A DNA stretch of 64,000 bases from an uncultured archaeon (GCA_964486045.1 CAZALK010000001.1:616242-680241); one strand, 5' to 3'; counted from the stretch's first letter, positions 21,477 to 33,381 are shown. Notes: generated by a model from the sequence alone, not told the origin. A program made the numbers and translations.

Positions 21477-22136
21477 ATGATAAAATTGTTTTTAATAATT
21501 TATTATACTTTGACAAGTATATTATTCCTTTCTTTTCTCTATTTAGATTTAAAATTTAGAGTAGTACCAATAAGTTTTTTTAAATTTAGTTATATTATAG
21601 GGTTTGTTTTAAATTTTTTTGAATTCTTAAACTATATCGAAAAGTTTCCAATTATTGTTTATTTAAGAGTTTTTGTGGTATTCTTAGCATTTTCGTTGTC
21701 TTTTATGCTTTATAATTTGAAAATAATTGGTGGTAGCGATGGTAAACTCATGATTTTTATTTTTTTTGTGTATCCTATTATCCTTTTAAACGTAACCGTT
21801 ATTTTTTCTTTTTTCCTAATCTTTTCCCTGTTTTTTGTCATTTTTTTTATAGTAAACCTTATTATCAATAATATTTTTGGAGATAATCTTTCATTCATAG
21901 TCTTCTTCAATTCAAATTTTAAGCTCTCAATTTTTAAAAAAATTTACTTTAGATCGTTTTATAGCTTCTTTGATTATTCAGATCTAAGTCATCATATTGA
22001 TAGTAGATACCCTATAAAATCGTTAAATATAATATATAATTTAAAGAAAAATAAATTTCAGATACTATGCCAAATCCGTCCTCCTCTAATAGTATTTATA
22101 ATTCTCTCTTATTATACAATTTTCTTTTTAAACTAA
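21477..22136 (+). CDS. Prepilin peptidase, family A24 (ATG 21477 preferred)
   Basis: Polytopic membrane protein with both catalytic Asp motifs (YLDLKFRVVP and GGSDGKL). Confidence 0.8.
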   Translation: MIKLFLIIYYTLTSILFLSFLYLDLKFRVVPISFFKFSYIIGFVLNFFEFLNYIEKFPIIVYLRVFVVFLAFSLSFMLYNLKIIGGSDGKLMIFIFFVYPIILLNVTVIFSFFLIFSLFFVIFFIVNLIINNIFGDNLSFIVFFNSNFKLSIFKKIYFRSFYSFFDYSDLSHHIDSRYPIKSLNIIYNLKKNKFQILCQIRPPLIVFIILSYYTIFFLN

Positions 22137-22222
22137 ATCCTTTGCAATTTACTTCGAAGTAATTTTAAATTTAATGATTTTTACTAGAATAATGAATTTA
22201 ATTATTATGTGAAAATATAATT

Positions 22223-22615
22223 ATGGAAATTGAAAAAACAAGAGAAACTTCGTGGAGAATTCAGTTAAAAAATAGGAATGAAAATATTGAAATCACATCT
22301 GTTGAGATAAGTGGTGAAGTTCGGATTATCAAACTAGCAATTCTGAAAAATGAAAAAACATTAAAAGTTGAAATGAATAAGGAAGAATTTTTTAATTTTC
22401 TGTCTCTAATATCTGCCTTCAAAGATGTTGTGATAGGAGATGACTCAGGAACCATTGATGAGGATCCGTCTATAATGGAAATTGAACCTCAAAAGGTAAA
22501 GGATATTTCTGATATAAACAACACGATGTATCCTATTAATTCAGAACCATTAGAAAATAATTTTAAAGAGTCTGAGAAAGATGAATTAAATCCCGAAGAA
22601 TGGGATCCTTGGTAA
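22223..22615 (+). CDS. Hypothetical protein with acidic tail ending WDPW
   Basis: 130-aa ORF; no recognisable family. Confidence 0.6.
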   Translation: MEIEKTRETSWRIQLKNRNENIEITSVEISGEVRIIKLAILKNEKTLKVEMNKEEFFNFLSLISAFKDVVIGDDSGTIDEDPSIMEIEPQKVKDISDINNTMYPINSEPLENNFKESEKDELNPEEWDPW

Positions 22616-22621
22616 TATACC

Positions 22622-23113
22622 TTAATTGCTTTTTATTTCAATTTTAAATTCGCAGTTCTCTAGACTTAAATCTTCAAGGGAACATTGAGTTTCAATAACA
22701 TTAACTCGGTATAATGCGAATTCCCCAAATCCAGCTAATAATCCAGTAATGAAAAAACAAAAATATTTTGATTTATTTTCTAATTCTGAAGAAATATTAT
22801 GATGAAGATCGATAACTATTGAATCCTCGGAAACAATTTTAGGATTAAACCGTCCCCATCCGTGGTTACCTAAGATATTTGTGAATTGATTTACTAAATC
22901 ATCCAAAGATTTTGGTTTTAAATTCTCTTCCCATGTCTGTATCAACTTCCAACCTGCTTTTTTACCTAACCATACCAATAATGATTTTACACCTTCTCCG
23001 TAAATAGAAGCTAAAATATCTATTACATGAGGTGGGAAAAAAGCAAAACGATCATTAAATAGCCGATATTTGCCTTTACTAAATTTTAATCCCTTTAATT
23101 TTAAATTTTTCAT
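22622..23113 (-). CDS. V4R-domain (TRAPP/Bet3-related fold) protein
   Basis: GKKAG, HGWGRF, CFFITGLLAG and ETQC...CEF pattern. Confidence 0.8.
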   Translation of the reverse strand: MKNLKLKGLKFSKGKYRLFNDRFAFFPPHVIDILASIYGEGVKSLLVWLGKKAGWKLIQTWEENLKPKSLDDLVNQFTNILGNHGWGRFNPKIVSEDSIVIDLHHNISSELENKSKYFCFFITGLLAGFGEFALYRVNVIETQCSLEDLSLENCEFKIEIKSN

Positions 23114-23296
23114 AATTATTATCAGCTTTTTTTCTTATATAATATTTTCTAACACAATTTAGTTCTAAGAATCTAATTGATTAAAAAATGTAATATTTTC
23201 TAAATTCAAACTTCATTACGAAGAAAGATAAAAGTTCTTTCTCTCAATCAAACAAGATGTTGACTTTAAATAATTTCGTACGAATTTTTTTAGTGA

Positions 23297-23596
23297 ATGT
23301 TAGAGTTAAATATCCTATTATTAGAAATTTCCATAATTTTAGGTATTATTATTTTAATTTTCATCTTCTCCCTTGTTTCAACTGATCTCCTCATAACGTC
23401 ATTGTCATTTCTAATATTCTTAATTTTATTAATTCCTTTTCATATATTAATAAAGAAATTTGAATTAACTGTATTCGTAAATAATTTAGAAGGTTCTCCA
23501 CTTTACCAATTAATTTTATTTTATTCCTGGCTACTAAATATTTTTATTGGGGGATGTTTATTTATTGAATTGATTTATCTTTTTATTTATTGCTAG
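23297..23596 (+). CDS. Small membrane protein
   Basis: Three hydrophobic helices. Confidence 0.55.
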   Translation: MLELNILLLEISIILGIIILIFIFSLVSTDLLITSLSFLIFLILLIPFHILIKKFELTVFVNNLEGSPLYQLILFYSWLLNIFIGGCLFIELIYLFIYC

Positions 23597-23623
23597 AAGA
23601 TGAAATATTCCCAGTTTTCGTTT

Positions 23624-25147
23624 TCATACGAAATTCGAGATATTTATGAATGTAATTAAAAATGTTAGGATGAATATTATATTTGATGCTAAAATTATTG
23701 GTAATCTTCTTACATGGTATATTATTTTTAAGAAATAATTTGAAGTTATTGAGATACTTGATATCAATACGATTACTATGATGACTATACTGAAAATGTT
23801 AAATGGATTTTCAAAAACCAGCAGAAATTCATTTCCAACTAAATCAATACTTCTAATTATAATGTTAAAAAAAGGTAGTAATCCAGAAATACTTCCTGTA
23901 ATGATTGGGAGAAGAAAAATAAAAAAAAGAATTTTAAACTTCTCACCTTTCATAATAACTTCTAATTTTCTTTCAAGCTTTTGGTGTTTACGTATTATTT
24001 TTAAGAGTTCAAAAATTTTATCAGATGTATAATAAGCGCTTCTTTCAGTAAATTTTTTTATTGCATCTAAAATGATTACATAACGTAAAGATTTCAATTC
24101 TGATTTTAAAAGTTCTAGTATTTCACTAAATGAATATGTAAAATTAAGAAGATAAGAAATTTGATTCTTTAAAGGTTTATTTAAAATTGTAATTACCTTT
24201 TTATTTTGGTTATAAGATTTAAGAAACGCTTTTTCAGGAGAGAAGTTAGTTTTTAAATGGCTAGCAAATCCCCTTAAAAATAAGAGGAATTCTTCATATT
24301 TTTTTCTTTCATGTCTCGAAAAGTCATTTATTAATCCAATCAAATAACCTTGGTTTCTTATAAATTTCCTAAACAATAGATTCATAAATATAGTAAAAAA
24401 TGGAATGAAAAAGATCAAGAATATAATATTTATTAGTTGAAATAAAATAAGAAAACATATACCGATTGGAAAGAATAATCCAATAAAAAATAAGACACTG
24501 ATTTTTGACTGTATTTGCCTGAGATAAATATTAAATTGCTTTTCTAAAGTGTTCTCATTAGCATCTCCATAATCATTATAATTAAAGTTATTGATCAATA
24601 AACTTTTAATAAAATTATCAAAATCATTTGACGGTGTTTTTAATTCAGTTAATTCTTTTTCTGGATTTTTTCCTTCTTGAACTCTTTTAAAAATTGATTT
24701 AAAATAATTTGAAATTGGAATTTTGTATGATTTGACTAATTCAATGAAGCGAAGACAATTATCAGAATTTTCTTTGCTAGTCTTTTGAATTAATGAAAAA
24801 TCGATTTTGATAATGTATAAAACTGAATTTAATAATGATTCTTTTTTCGTAATATCATTAAAAAGAATTGAATTAAACTTGTATGATGAAATCATTGAAA
24901 TTGTTATTGAATAAAGTATAATAATTAAGAAATTAAGAGAAGAAAGGAGTAATGAAATTGTTATTGTAATAAAAAAAGATATTAAAAAAATTATAAAACT
25001 TGCTTTATTGACATCGGCTTCATTAGTATTATATAATGTTCGATATAAATCACAATATCTTTCATCTAATTCCTTATATCTAAGTTTTGGAATTTTATAC
25101 TTATGAAATTTTGAACAAAAATTAGCATACTTTTCAATATTTTTCAT
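23624..25147 (-). CDS. TadB/TadC (T2SS F-like) pilus platform membrane protein
   Basis: Duplicated ...RVQEGKNPEKEL / LKTNFSPEKAF cytoplasmic domains between TM clusters; co-oriented downstream of a secretion ATPase. Confidence 0.7.
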   Translation of the reverse strand: MKNIEKYANFCSKFHKYKIPKLRYKELDERYCDLYRTLYNTNEADVNKASFIIFLISFFITITISLLLSSLNFLIIILYSITISMISSYKFNSILFNDITKKESLLNSVLYIIKIDFSLIQKTSKENSDNCLRFIELVKSYKIPISNYFKSIFKRVQEGKNPEKELTELKTPSNDFDNFIKSLLINNFNYNDYGDANENTLEKQFNIYLRQIQSKISVLFFIGLFFPIGICFLILFQLINIIFLIFFIPFFTIFMNLLFRKFIRNQGYLIGLINDFSRHERKKYEEFLLFLRGFASHLKTNFSPEKAFLKSYNQNKKVITILNKPLKNQISYLLNFTYSFSEILELLKSELKSLRYVIILDAIKKFTERSAYYTSDKIFELLKIIRKHQKLERKLEVIMKGEKFKILFFIFLLPIITGSISGLLPFFNIIIRSIDLVGNEFLLVFENPFNIFSIVIIVIVLISSISITSNYFLKIIYHVRRLPIILASNIIFILTFLITFINISNFV

Positions 25148-25160
25148 AGAATCTACAGTT

Positions 25161-25583
25161 TTAATATAAATTTAAAAAATTAACGATAATATATGATGAT
25201 GGATAAGAAACATTTAAAACATATGTCAGTGAGGGAAGACTACGATAGAAACAATTATGAAAACTTGCGTTATAGGATAAAACTTTATTATATATTTTAC
25301 CTCCAATGAGAAACTCGCTAAGAATATATGCATCAAAAAATGTTAAGTTAATATTACTAGGATATAATATATCTTGTAGATAAGATTTTTCTGGATTTTG
25401 AATAACTAAAAGAACTGCTTCGTTTATTTCATCAAGAAATTCCATATAAATCTCTAATTCACCCTTTTCATTCTCACTATATTTTGTTAATTCGTCAAGA
25501 AATGGAATCAAGATCACAGAGAAAACCGTGAGTAAAAAAATGCTAAAGCCTAGAAGTAATGACTTTTCTAAAAGATTTGTCAT
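25161..25583 (-). CDS. Pilin/pseudopilin-like protein
   Basis: N-terminal LLE plus hydrophobic helix followed by a globular domain; lies between the ATPase and platform genes. Confidence 0.55.
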   Translation of the reverse strand: MTNLLEKSLLLGFSIFLLTVFSVILIPFLDELTKYSENEKGELEIYMEFLDEINEAVLLVIQNPEKSYLQDILYPSNINLTFFDAYILSEFLIGGKIYNKVLSYNASFHNCFYRSLPSLTYVLNVSYPSSYIIVNFLNLY

Positions 25584-25599
25584 GAAAAGGAGTTAATAT

Positions 25600-27759
25600 T
25601 TAAGGATTTAAATCCCCCTTTTTTTTTTTCCAGTCACCCCAGAATTGATGTATAGCATCAACAGAGATGAAAGAAAGATAGGAGATTTTATGAAACAGAT
25701 CTATTAATTCATACTTGTCTATTGAATTTATTTCTGTTAGAAATTCGAAAATTTCTCTGTAAATATTTATAATGGAAGTAAACTTTTCCTTCGATAAATT
25801 TTCACTTTTTTTAAATTCAGTTATAACTTTTGTCTCATAAAGGGATTTTGATAATTTCCAGGTCTCTGAAAGAGGGATATAGTTAAAGATTGAATCATAA
25901 TATTTATCAACCTCATTATTTTCCTTATTTACTTCAGAAATTGAAAGAACACGCCTTAAATTTTGTTCCTTTTTCATCAAAACTAAAAGGTCAAGATCAT
26001 ATAAACATGATTTATTTATATCAAAGTGGTAAAGAAAGCGATTTATTAAAGAGTCTATACTACTTGCATGAATTGTTTGAAAACCCTTTAATCCTGCTGC
26101 TAAACAATGAAACATAGCTTCGGATTCTTCTTTAGTTAAAATCTCTCCTAAATAAATAATATCAGGTGTTCTATGTAATAGCGTTTTAATTATATTACTC
26201 TTTGAATATTTTTGGGAAAATTGATTTTCTAATGAATCTACTTGATATTTTAATTGATGTTTTCCCATATCAAACTGTTTTAATGATTCCGTTACATTTT
26301 CAACATAAATTTTCCTAAATTCTTTTGGGGTCAGTAAATCTAAAGCATTAATTAAAGTTGTTTTACCTGAATCTGTTTCACCAGTAATCGTTATATTTGA
26401 TTTTCTTAAAACATTAAAGTATAGAAATGCTGCCATTAAGGAATCTAAAGTTCCGTTTTTCAAAAGATCTTGAATCGTGAAAATATTTCTATTTAATTTC
26501 CGAATATCTAAAGCAAAATTATGTAGCTGGATAGGATCAATATCAATTGCAAGTCTACAGTAGAAATAATTGTTCTTTATCACCAATTTTATACTCGGAT
26601 TTGTGTAATCAAGTCCTTTACCGCTATATAGTCTAGCCATTGTTTTCAGGCGATCCATTTCTGTCGATGTTAATTTTATCATGGTCCGACATCGACCATA
26701 TTTTTGATGATTTACATAAATATTATCATAGGGTGAGTCCAAGAATATTTCTTCTACTAGATCATCAATTAATAGTGGGAATAATTTTTCGAGTCCTAAT
26801 TTCCTTATAGCTACTAATAGTCCAATCCTTTTTATTTCCAGCTCTGGGAGATTGTATTTTGAATTCAATAATTCAATAGATTCGTTTTTATAGACATTTA
26901 TTAGCGTTTCTAAAGGAATAATATTGTCAAATTCACCAACGTCTATATTTGATAGAATATTTTTTATAATTTTCTCGGTATAATCTTTTTCTTTATCTTT
27001 CTCAAGGAATAATTTTATTCTATAAAATTTCTCACTTTCAAATGATCGCTTATAAATACTAACCTGAAAACTGTGATACTGACCAATATTGTAAGTCTTT
27101 AATAACATTTCACTTTTCTTTAACTTAAATTCTAGAATTTCAGGATTTGCATGATCAGCATAAATGGTTTTAGAAAATAAATATTCATAAAAACTGACAT
27201 TTTTATTATGAAATTTTTTAAAATATTGAATTCCCTTTAGGTTATTAAAAATCGCTAAAATTGATTTTGATAGCTTTTCAATGTAATCCAAGCATTTTTT
27301 ACAAGCTAAATTATTTAATTGTACCTTATTAGGATTTGGATCCACGTTAGAGATAACCTGGTATACATAGAGAAGATCATAAAATTCAGATTCTTTTATT
27401 CTTTGTAATTTGGTAAAATTGGGAGAGAATCCACACTTAAATTCATCGAAACGACATTTAATCGTTCTCACATTTACTAACTTTTGTATGATTTTTCTGA
27501 TTTTTTTGATTTTTTTAAAGTATTCCAAAAATAATTCAATTTTATGAGATTCAATTAGAAATCCATTCCATGAAATTGAACTAATATTAGCGCTTTTGTG
27601 AAGAAATAAATTATAAAATAAACAGTGTAAACATCTGCTATTTACGTTAAAAGTTTCTTTTCTTGAAACACATTTATTACAATCAATAAACAGTACTAAA
27701 TCTCTTTTTCCGAATAAATTTTCTTTTTCTTGAAGGTAACTAACATTTTTTAAAATCAT
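25600..27759 (-). CDS. Type II/IV secretion ATPase (TadA/CpaF/VirB11-like) with Cys-rich N-terminus
   Basis: GETDSGKTT, RTPDIIYLGEI, QTIHA and LDIRK motifs. Confidence 0.88.
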   Translation of the reverse strand: MILKNVSYLQEKENLFGKRDLVLFIDCNKCVSRKETFNVNSRCLHCLFYNLFLHKSANISSISWNGFLIESHKIELFLEYFKKIKKIRKIIQKLVNVRTIKCRFDEFKCGFSPNFTKLQRIKESEFYDLLYVYQVISNVDPNPNKVQLNNLACKKCLDYIEKLSKSILAIFNNLKGIQYFKKFHNKNVSFYEYLFSKTIYADHANPEILEFKLKKSEMLLKTYNIGQYHSFQVSIYKRSFESEKFYRIKLFLEKDKEKDYTEKIIKNILSNIDVGEFDNIIPLETLINVYKNESIELLNSKYNLPELEIKRIGLLVAIRKLGLEKLFPLLIDDLVEEIFLDSPYDNIYVNHQKYGRCRTMIKLTSTEMDRLKTMARLYSGKGLDYTNPSIKLVIKNNYFYCRLAIDIDPIQLHNFALDIRKLNRNIFTIQDLLKNGTLDSLMAAFLYFNVLRKSNITITGETDSGKTTLINALDLLTPKEFRKIYVENVTESLKQFDMGKHQLKYQVDSLENQFSQKYSKSNIIKTLLHRTPDIIYLGEILTKEESEAMFHCLAAGLKGFQTIHASSIDSLINRFLYHFDINKSCLYDLDLLVLMKKEQNLRRVLSISEVNKENNEVDKYYDSIFNYIPLSETWKLSKSLYETKVITEFKKSENLSKEKFTSIINIYREIFEFLTEINSIDKYELIDLFHKISYLSFISVDAIHQFWGDWKKKKGDLNP

Positions 27760-27880
27760 TTAAACTTTTTTTTAAAAAGAAAAATATAAATCACCCCATT
27801 TTATTCATAAGAGAATTTCAGTATATTTAAAAAAGAATGAAAAAATTTATTTATTTTGTAAAATTAAATTCCAAAAGTTA

Positions 27881-28909
27881 GTGATTGTTATGGGTCATCG
27901 AAAAAAACACGCACCAAGGCATGGATCATTAGCATTCCTCCCAAGAAAAAGAGCCGCTTCTATAAAAGCTCGAGTAAGGCACTGGGAAGATAACTCAGAA
28001 CAGATAAATTTTCTTGGGTTTGCTGGTTTTAAAGCAGGAATGTCTCATGTACTTTATATTGAAGACCAACCAAACAGTCCATATTACGGAAAAGAATTAA
28101 TGAAACCTATTACCGTAGTTGAGGTTCCCCCATTAGTGCTTATTGGGGTTAGAGTATATGGTAAAGATGATTATGGTAAGTACATTGTAGGAGAAATATT
28201 TACAAATGAGTTTAATAATTTTATAGTTCGAAAAGTGAGTCTTCCAAATATCGAAAACTATGATATTGCAAAAATTAAAAACAAAATTCTAAAAGAAATA
28301 GATGAGACATGTGAAATTAGAGGAATATTTCAGACTCAGCCATATAAAACTTCACTACCTAGAAAAAAGCCAGATATTATCGAAATTAAAGTTAATTCTT
28401 CGAATAAGCCAAACGATGAATTTAACTTTGCGCTAAAAAATTTGGGAAAAGAATTTAGAGCTAGAGACATATTAAATGAGGGTGAACTGATAGATACCAT
28501 AGCGGTAACCAAAGGGAAGGGTTTTCAAGGTCCGGTTAAAAGATTTGGGATTAAAATCTTAACTAGAAAAAATAGTAAAATAAAGAGAACAGTTGCTTGT
28601 ATTGGCCCTTGGCACCCCGCGAGAGTTCTTTATACTGTCCCGCGAGCGGGTCAAATGGGATTTCATCAAAGAACGGAATACCATAAAAGAATTATGTTAA
28701 TCGGAGAGAATGAGGAGGAAATCAACCCAAAGGGTGGATATATTAGATACGGAAAGATCCAAGGGGATTATTTATTAATACTTGGTTCTATCCCCGGACC
28801 AAAAAAAAGATTAATTCGAATAAGGAAAACAATAAGACCACTAAAATCATTTGTAGTCAAAGCTCCAGAAATTACCTTTATTAGCCGAGAAAGTCACCAA
28901 CGAAAATAA
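27881..28909 (+). CDS. rpl3: 50S ribosomal protein L3
   Basis: APRHGSLAFLPRKRA, GFKAGMSH, TKGKGFQGPVKRFG. Confidence 0.98.
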   Translation: MIVMGHRKKHAPRHGSLAFLPRKRAASIKARVRHWEDNSEQINFLGFAGFKAGMSHVLYIEDQPNSPYYGKELMKPITVVEVPPLVLIGVRVYGKDDYGKYIVGEIFTNEFNNFIVRKVSLPNIENYDIAKIKNKILKEIDETCEIRGIFQTQPYKTSLPRKKPDIIEIKVNSSNKPNDEFNFALKNLGKEFRARDILNEGELIDTIAVTKGKGFQGPVKRFGIKILTRKNSKIKRTVACIGPWHPARVLYTVPRAGQMGFHQRTEYHKRIMLIGENEEEINPKGGYIRYGKIQGDYLLILGSIPGPKKRLIRIRKTIRPLKSFVVKAPEITFISRESHQRK

Positions 28910-28928
28910 ATAAATTTAAAGCGTTATT

Positions 28929-29717
28929 ATGGAAAAAATTAATGTTTATGATTTAGATGGGAAGAAAAAAGGATTAATTGATAAACCTGAGGTATTTAGC
29001 GTAAAACCTAGAATGGATCTTATTCAAATGGCTCATAATGTAACTATTAGTAAAAACAAGCAAGCTCAGGGAAGGGATCGAGGAGCAGGATTAAAAAATA
29101 TTTCAGAAGGGTGGGGTACGGGTTATGGTATGTCTCGAGCACCTAGAAGGAAGGGATCTGGTTTCCCTACTTCAAGACATGTAGGAAGGGTTCCTTTCGC
29201 TAAGGGTGGCCGCCGTACTCATCCGATTAAATCCGAGAAAATAGGTAAAAAAAAAATTAATAAAAAAACAAATAAAGCCTCAATTATTTCAGCCATTTCT
29301 GCTTCTGGGGATAGGATGTGGGTAAAAAAACGAGGGTATGATATCGATAATATTTCTGAATTACCATTAGTCGTTGATGACAAAATTCAGACAATCAAAA
29401 AAACAGAAACAATTTATTCCGCTTTATGTAACTTAGGACTGAAAGAGGAATTACTTAAAACAAAAAAGAAAAGAAAAATAAGAAGCGGAAAGGGTAAAGC
29501 TAGGGGTCGTAAATACAAATTTAAAAAAGGAGTATTAATCATCATAAAAGAGGATTTTGGGATTGTTAAAGCCTCAAGAAACATTTCTGGAACAGATATC
29601 ATTAAGCTAGATAATATCTCCATTAAAAAATTAGCACCAGGCGGCGTTTCAGGAAGATTAATTCTATGGTCACAATCAGCTTTTAGTGATTTAAAAAACT
29701 ACGAGGAGTCAATTTAA
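28929..29717 (+). CDS. rpl4: 50S ribosomal protein L4
   Basis: [24 protein letters not shown]...GRL. Confidence 0.97.
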   Translation: MEKINVYDLDGKKKGLIDKPEVFSVKPRMDLIQMAHNVTISKNKQAQGRDRGAGLKNISEGWGTGYGMSRAPRRKGSGFPTSRHVGRVPFAKGGRRTHPIKSEKIGKKKINKKTNKASIISAISASGDRMWVKKRGYDIDNISELPLVVDDKIQTIKKTETIYSALCNLGLKEELLKTKKKRKIRSGKGKARGRKYKFKKGVLIIIKEDFGIVKASRNISGTDIIKLDNISIKKLAPGGVSGRLILWSQSAFSDLKNYEESI

Positions 29718-29718
29718 T

Positions 29719-29982
29719 TTGGAGAGATTTTATTCATTAATTAAAAGGCCTATGATTACTGAAAAAACATTTGACCTAATTGAAAAGGAAAATAAACTTG
29801 TGTTTATCGTCAGTAGATTTGCAAATAAAGGCCAAATTAAAAGAGCAATAGAAAAAATACACAATGTGAAGGTGATTAAAGTAAACACAATGATAACAGT
29901 AAAAGGAGAGAAAAAAGCTTTTGTTAAACTTCACTCAGATAATTCCGCACAAGATATTGCAATCGATTTAGGAATTTTTTAA
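29719..29982 (+). CDS. rpl23: 50S ribosomal protein L23
   Basis: [25 protein letters not shown]. Confidence 0.97.
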   Translation: MERFYSLIKRPMITEKTFDLIEKENKLVFIVSRFANKGQIKRAIEKIHNVKVIKVNTMITVKGEKKAFVKLHSDNSAQDIAIDLGIF

Positions 29983-31095
29983 TTGTCGCTTGAAGATATT
30001 GAAATCAAATTTTGATATTTCTTCTAAATTTAATATCTGGACATTCTTTATATTTGTAAAATTTTTAATTTCAATTAACTTTTTTGAGTCCTCTTCATTA
30101 AGAATTAAAATATAGATAAAATACTCAGATAGATATTTTTTAATTATTCGTTGGATAAATTTGGATCTTAATTTTGGCAAAGTTAAGAATAAATAGGCTC
30201 GCTCAATAAACAGTAAGTAGTCACTAAACCTAATGAACTTTACGTTATTTTTTATCAAACATTGTTCAAACTCTACATTAAATGTTAATATATCATAAGA
30301 ATCATTTAGATTGTTCGCTGGAAATAGTTGTGAGTAGTCTTTTAGTAAAAAATAATTATCGGAGATTCCTATTCTCCATAAATAATTATGGAACTCTTTA
30401 AGCTTCAAGTTTTGCTTTTTCATAATATTACAATTAAAGAAATTATTAATATTGTTCTCTGTAATAAAAGATTCATCTTTTTCAATAATTAATTCACTGA
30501 AAAAAAGAGAAAATTTAATTTCTTCATCATTGTTGCATAAAAATGTTATAATTAAAAAACCCCTCCTATTAAAATTGTTGATAATGCTAATGAAATTATG
30601 TAAAAAGGAGTTTTTTCTGTCTAATCTGTCTATATTAATTGAAAAAAAATCCAATTGAAATTGAGTTTCATTATTTGTCACCAATATCGATTCAGCAAGT
30701 TTCCTTAAGCTTGTACTTGAATCAGCTTTTGTCAGAATTAAATCTAAGAATTTTTGCTCTAAAGTGGAGTCTATGTGAAATTTGCATGGTAGATTCTCTT
30801 CAGCAAAATTTTGGCGTATTATATTAAATAACTGTACAATATTTTCTTTTCTGATCTCCTCAAAATTTAATAAAAAAAGTATTGTTTTCTCTTGTAATGT
30901 ATTTAATTGAATTGAGTAATATTGAATAAATCGTTTCTTTAAAAATCCATTCAAAATCGGAATAATCCGATTGAACGTGCTAGCTTCAAAAATCGCAAAA
31001 GCGATGATTTTCCTATTCCTATTCAAACTTTTATAAAAAATTAAGTGCTGATCAACTAAATATGATAATAATTGATACTTACCTTTTTTGACCAT
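29968..31095 (-). CDS. Hypothetical protein
   Basis: 375-aa ORF, no recognised motif. Confidence 0.65.
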   Translation of the reverse strand: MVKKGKYQLLSYLVDQHLIFYKSLNRNRKIIAFAIFEASTFNRIIPILNGFLKKRFIQYYSIQLNTLQEKTILFLLNFEEIRKENIVQLFNIIRQNFAEENLPCKFHIDSTLEQKFLDLILTKADSSTSLRKLAESILVTNNETQFQLDFFSINIDRLDRKNSFLHNFISIINNFNRRGFLIITFLCNNDEEIKFSLFFSELIIEKDESFITENNINNFFNCNIMKKQNLKLKEFHNYLWRIGISDNYFLLKDYSQLFPANNLNDSYDILTFNVEFEQCLIKNNVKFIRFSDYLLFIERAYLFLTLPKLRSKFIQRIIKKYLSEYFIYILILNEEDSKKLIEIKNFTNIKNVQILNLEEISKFDFNIFKRQLKNS

Positions 31096-31240
31096 ACATT
31101 AAATATGTTGTAATTAAATTATAAAAACATAAATTTTTTGTTATCCAGATATAATTTTCATGTAGTGGAAATGAGATGCAAAATGAAAAAATTATAATTT
31201 ATTAGATATTTTATATTTTAAACAAGGCGGGAAAATTAAA

Positions 31241-31411
31241 TTGAGCAAATTTGAAAGATATAAAAAAAAAGCAGAACCATATATTTATCCTCATAAACAT
31301 TGTAAGAAATGTAACGAAATGATTACAGAAGCTTTCACTTATTGCCCTGAATGCTACAATAACTTAAAAGTGAAAAAAAAAAGAAAATTTTTCAGGAGGA
31401 AAAAAAAATAG
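31241..31411 (+). CDS. Small basic Zn-ribbon protein (DUF2116-like), 56 aa
   Basis: Hand-translated from TTG: MSKFERYKKKAEPYIYPHKHCKKCNEMITEAFTYCPECYNNLKVKKKRKFFRRKKK; below the track cut-off. Confidence 0.75.
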   Translation: MSKFERYKKKAEPYIYPHKHCKKCNEMITEAFTYCPECYNNLKVKKKRKFFRRKKK

Positions 31412-31566
31412 ATTCATTTCTCTCTATAGTTTTTTTAATAGTTTCATCTAAACAGTGAATTGGAAAATTTTAATTCAAATATTCATTAATATTCAACCTA
31501 TTCTTTATTGATTCAATGAATAGATTTATTTAACATTTTTAATTTAGGATAATAGTGATTTAAATA

Positions 31567-33381
31567 ATGAGAATTGCAGTTTTAAATAAGGATTTTTGTA
31601 AACCAAACAAATGTAGTCCTTATGGAGAAAAACCATGCATAAAATACTGTCCTAGAGTGAGAACAGGAGATAAAACTATTGTTCTAAATCCAGATGAAAA
31701 ATATGTTACAATTACTGAAAATCTCTGTTCAGGTGAAGGTATTTGTATTAAAAAATGTCCTTTTAAGGCAATTAGCATTGTAAATTTGCCGGATCCTTTA
31801 AAAAATCAGATTACATATCGATATGGCCCAGATCAGTTTTCTTTATTTCGAATGGCAATACCAAAAAAAGGAAAAGTTCTTGGATTAATCGGTCAGAACG
31901 GTATTGGGAAAAGCACAATGCTAAAAATTTTATCTAATGAATTGAAATTAAACCTCGGTAAGTTTGGGGATGGTGCTCCTGATTGGAAGGAGATTATTGA
32001 ACATTTTAAAGGTTCGGAATTGCACCAATATTTCATAGATTTGAGGGAAGGAAAGTTGAACTTTGTGTATAAACCTCAAAATATTACGATAATCCCAAAA
32101 TATGTTACCGGGAGGGTTATCGACCTTTTAAATAAAAATGATACTGGGAAAAAATTAGATCAGATTGCTGAGAAATTAAACCTCGCTAAGATTTTAGAGA
32201 GGAATATTTCTGTGTTATCAGGTGGAGAACTTCAAAGAGTGGCTATTGCAGCTGCTTATCTTAAAAATGGGGATGTATACCTTTTCGATGAACCCAGCTC
32301 GTATTTAGACGTTAGTGAAAGAATAAATATGGCAAAATTAATAAGGAGTTTATCTGCAGAAAATAAGACAGTCATTGTAGTAGAACATGATTTAGCAATA
32401 TTAGATTATCTTAGCGATTATGTTTCTGTTTTATATGGTGAACCCGGAGTTTATGGTATTATTTCTCATCCTCAAGGAGTGAGAGTCGGAATTAATATAT
32501 ATTTAAATGGGTATATCAAGGATGAAAATGTTCGATTTAGAGAGGATCCTATAGTATTTCATGAACGTCCACCTCAAGAATCTCTATACAGTATTGGAGA
32601 CGTTATTTTTTCTTATGATGATGTAAAAATTTCTCTTGGTAATTTCGAATTTGCTGCTTCTGGTAGTGAAATTCATTCTGGAGAAATAATTGGTATTTTA
32701 GGACCAAATGGGATAGGTAAGACAACATTTATTAACACGATTGCTAAAATAATGGATAATGAAATCCAAGGGAGCATAAATGATGAACAACAAAACCAAA
32801 TAAATGTATCTATGAAATCCCAATATATTAAAATTGATGATGATGGGATAGTCTTAGATCTTATTACTAAAATAAAACTAGCTCCCCATCTTAGTCAATC
32901 CTATAAAAAGAGGTTAATAAATACTTTAAAATTAGAGCATATAAGAGAACGTGCTATTTCAGAGTTAAGTGAGGGAGAATTACAAAGAGTTGCGATTGCT
33001 AAATGTTTATCAGCAGATGCGGACCTTTATCTTTTAGACGAACCTTCAGCATTTTTAGATGTTGAGATGAGACTTCAAGTCGCTCAGTTACTTAGGAAAT
33101 CAATTGAGGAATTAAAAAAAGCAGGTTTTGTTGTCGAACATGATATAATTACGCAAGATTTTATTGCTGATTCGATACTTGTATTTGATGGCATTCCTGG
33201 ACTTAAGGGAAAGGCTTTGGTACCTCAAAGTTTAAGAGATGGGTTTAATATGTTCTTAAAAATGATGGGAATAACATTCAGAAGAGATTCAATAACTAAG
33301 AGACCGCGAGTAAATAAAATTGGAAGTAATAAGGATGTTTACCAAAAGAGAATTAATGAATTTTACTATATTCCTAAATAA
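31567..33381 (+). CDS. abce1: Ribosome recycling ATPase ABCE1/Rli1
   Basis: N-terminal FeS Cys cluster; two ABC domains (GQNGIGKS, LSGGELQR; GPNGIGKT); TFRRD...RPRVNK. Confidence 0.97.
   Translation: MRIAVLNKDFCKPNKCSPYGEKPCIKYCPRVRTGDKTIVLNPDEKYVTITENLCSGEGICIKKCPFKAISIVNLPDPLKNQITYRYGPDQFSLFRMAIPKKGKVLGLIGQNGIGKSTMLKILSNELKLNLGKFGDGAPDWKEIIEHFKGSELHQYFIDLREGKLNFVYKPQNITIIPKYVTGRVIDLLNKNDTGKKLDQIAEKLNLAKILERNISVLSGGELQRVAIAAAYLKNGDVYLFDEPSSYLDVSERINMAKLIRSLSAENKTVIVVEHDLAILDYLSDYVSVLYGEPGVYGIISHPQGVRVGINIYLNGYIKDENVRFREDPIVFHERPPQESLYSIGDVIFSYDDVKISLGNFEFAASGSEIHSGEIIGILGPNGIGKTTFINTIAKIMDNEIQGSINDEQQNQINVSMKSQYIKIDDDGIVLDLITKIKLAPHLSQSYKKRLINTLKLEHIRERAISELSEGELQRVAIAKCLSADADLYLLDEPSAFLDVEMRLQVAQLLRKSIEELKKAGFVVEHDIITQDFIADSILVFDGIPGLKGKALVPQSLRDGFNMFLKMMGITFRRDSITKRPRVNKIGSNKDVYQKRINEFYYIPK

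Noticed and set aside
27881-29982. rpl3-rpl4-rpl23 not followed by rpl2; also pyrI without pyrB
   Set aside because: Operon fragmentation is common in archaea and not informative by itself.
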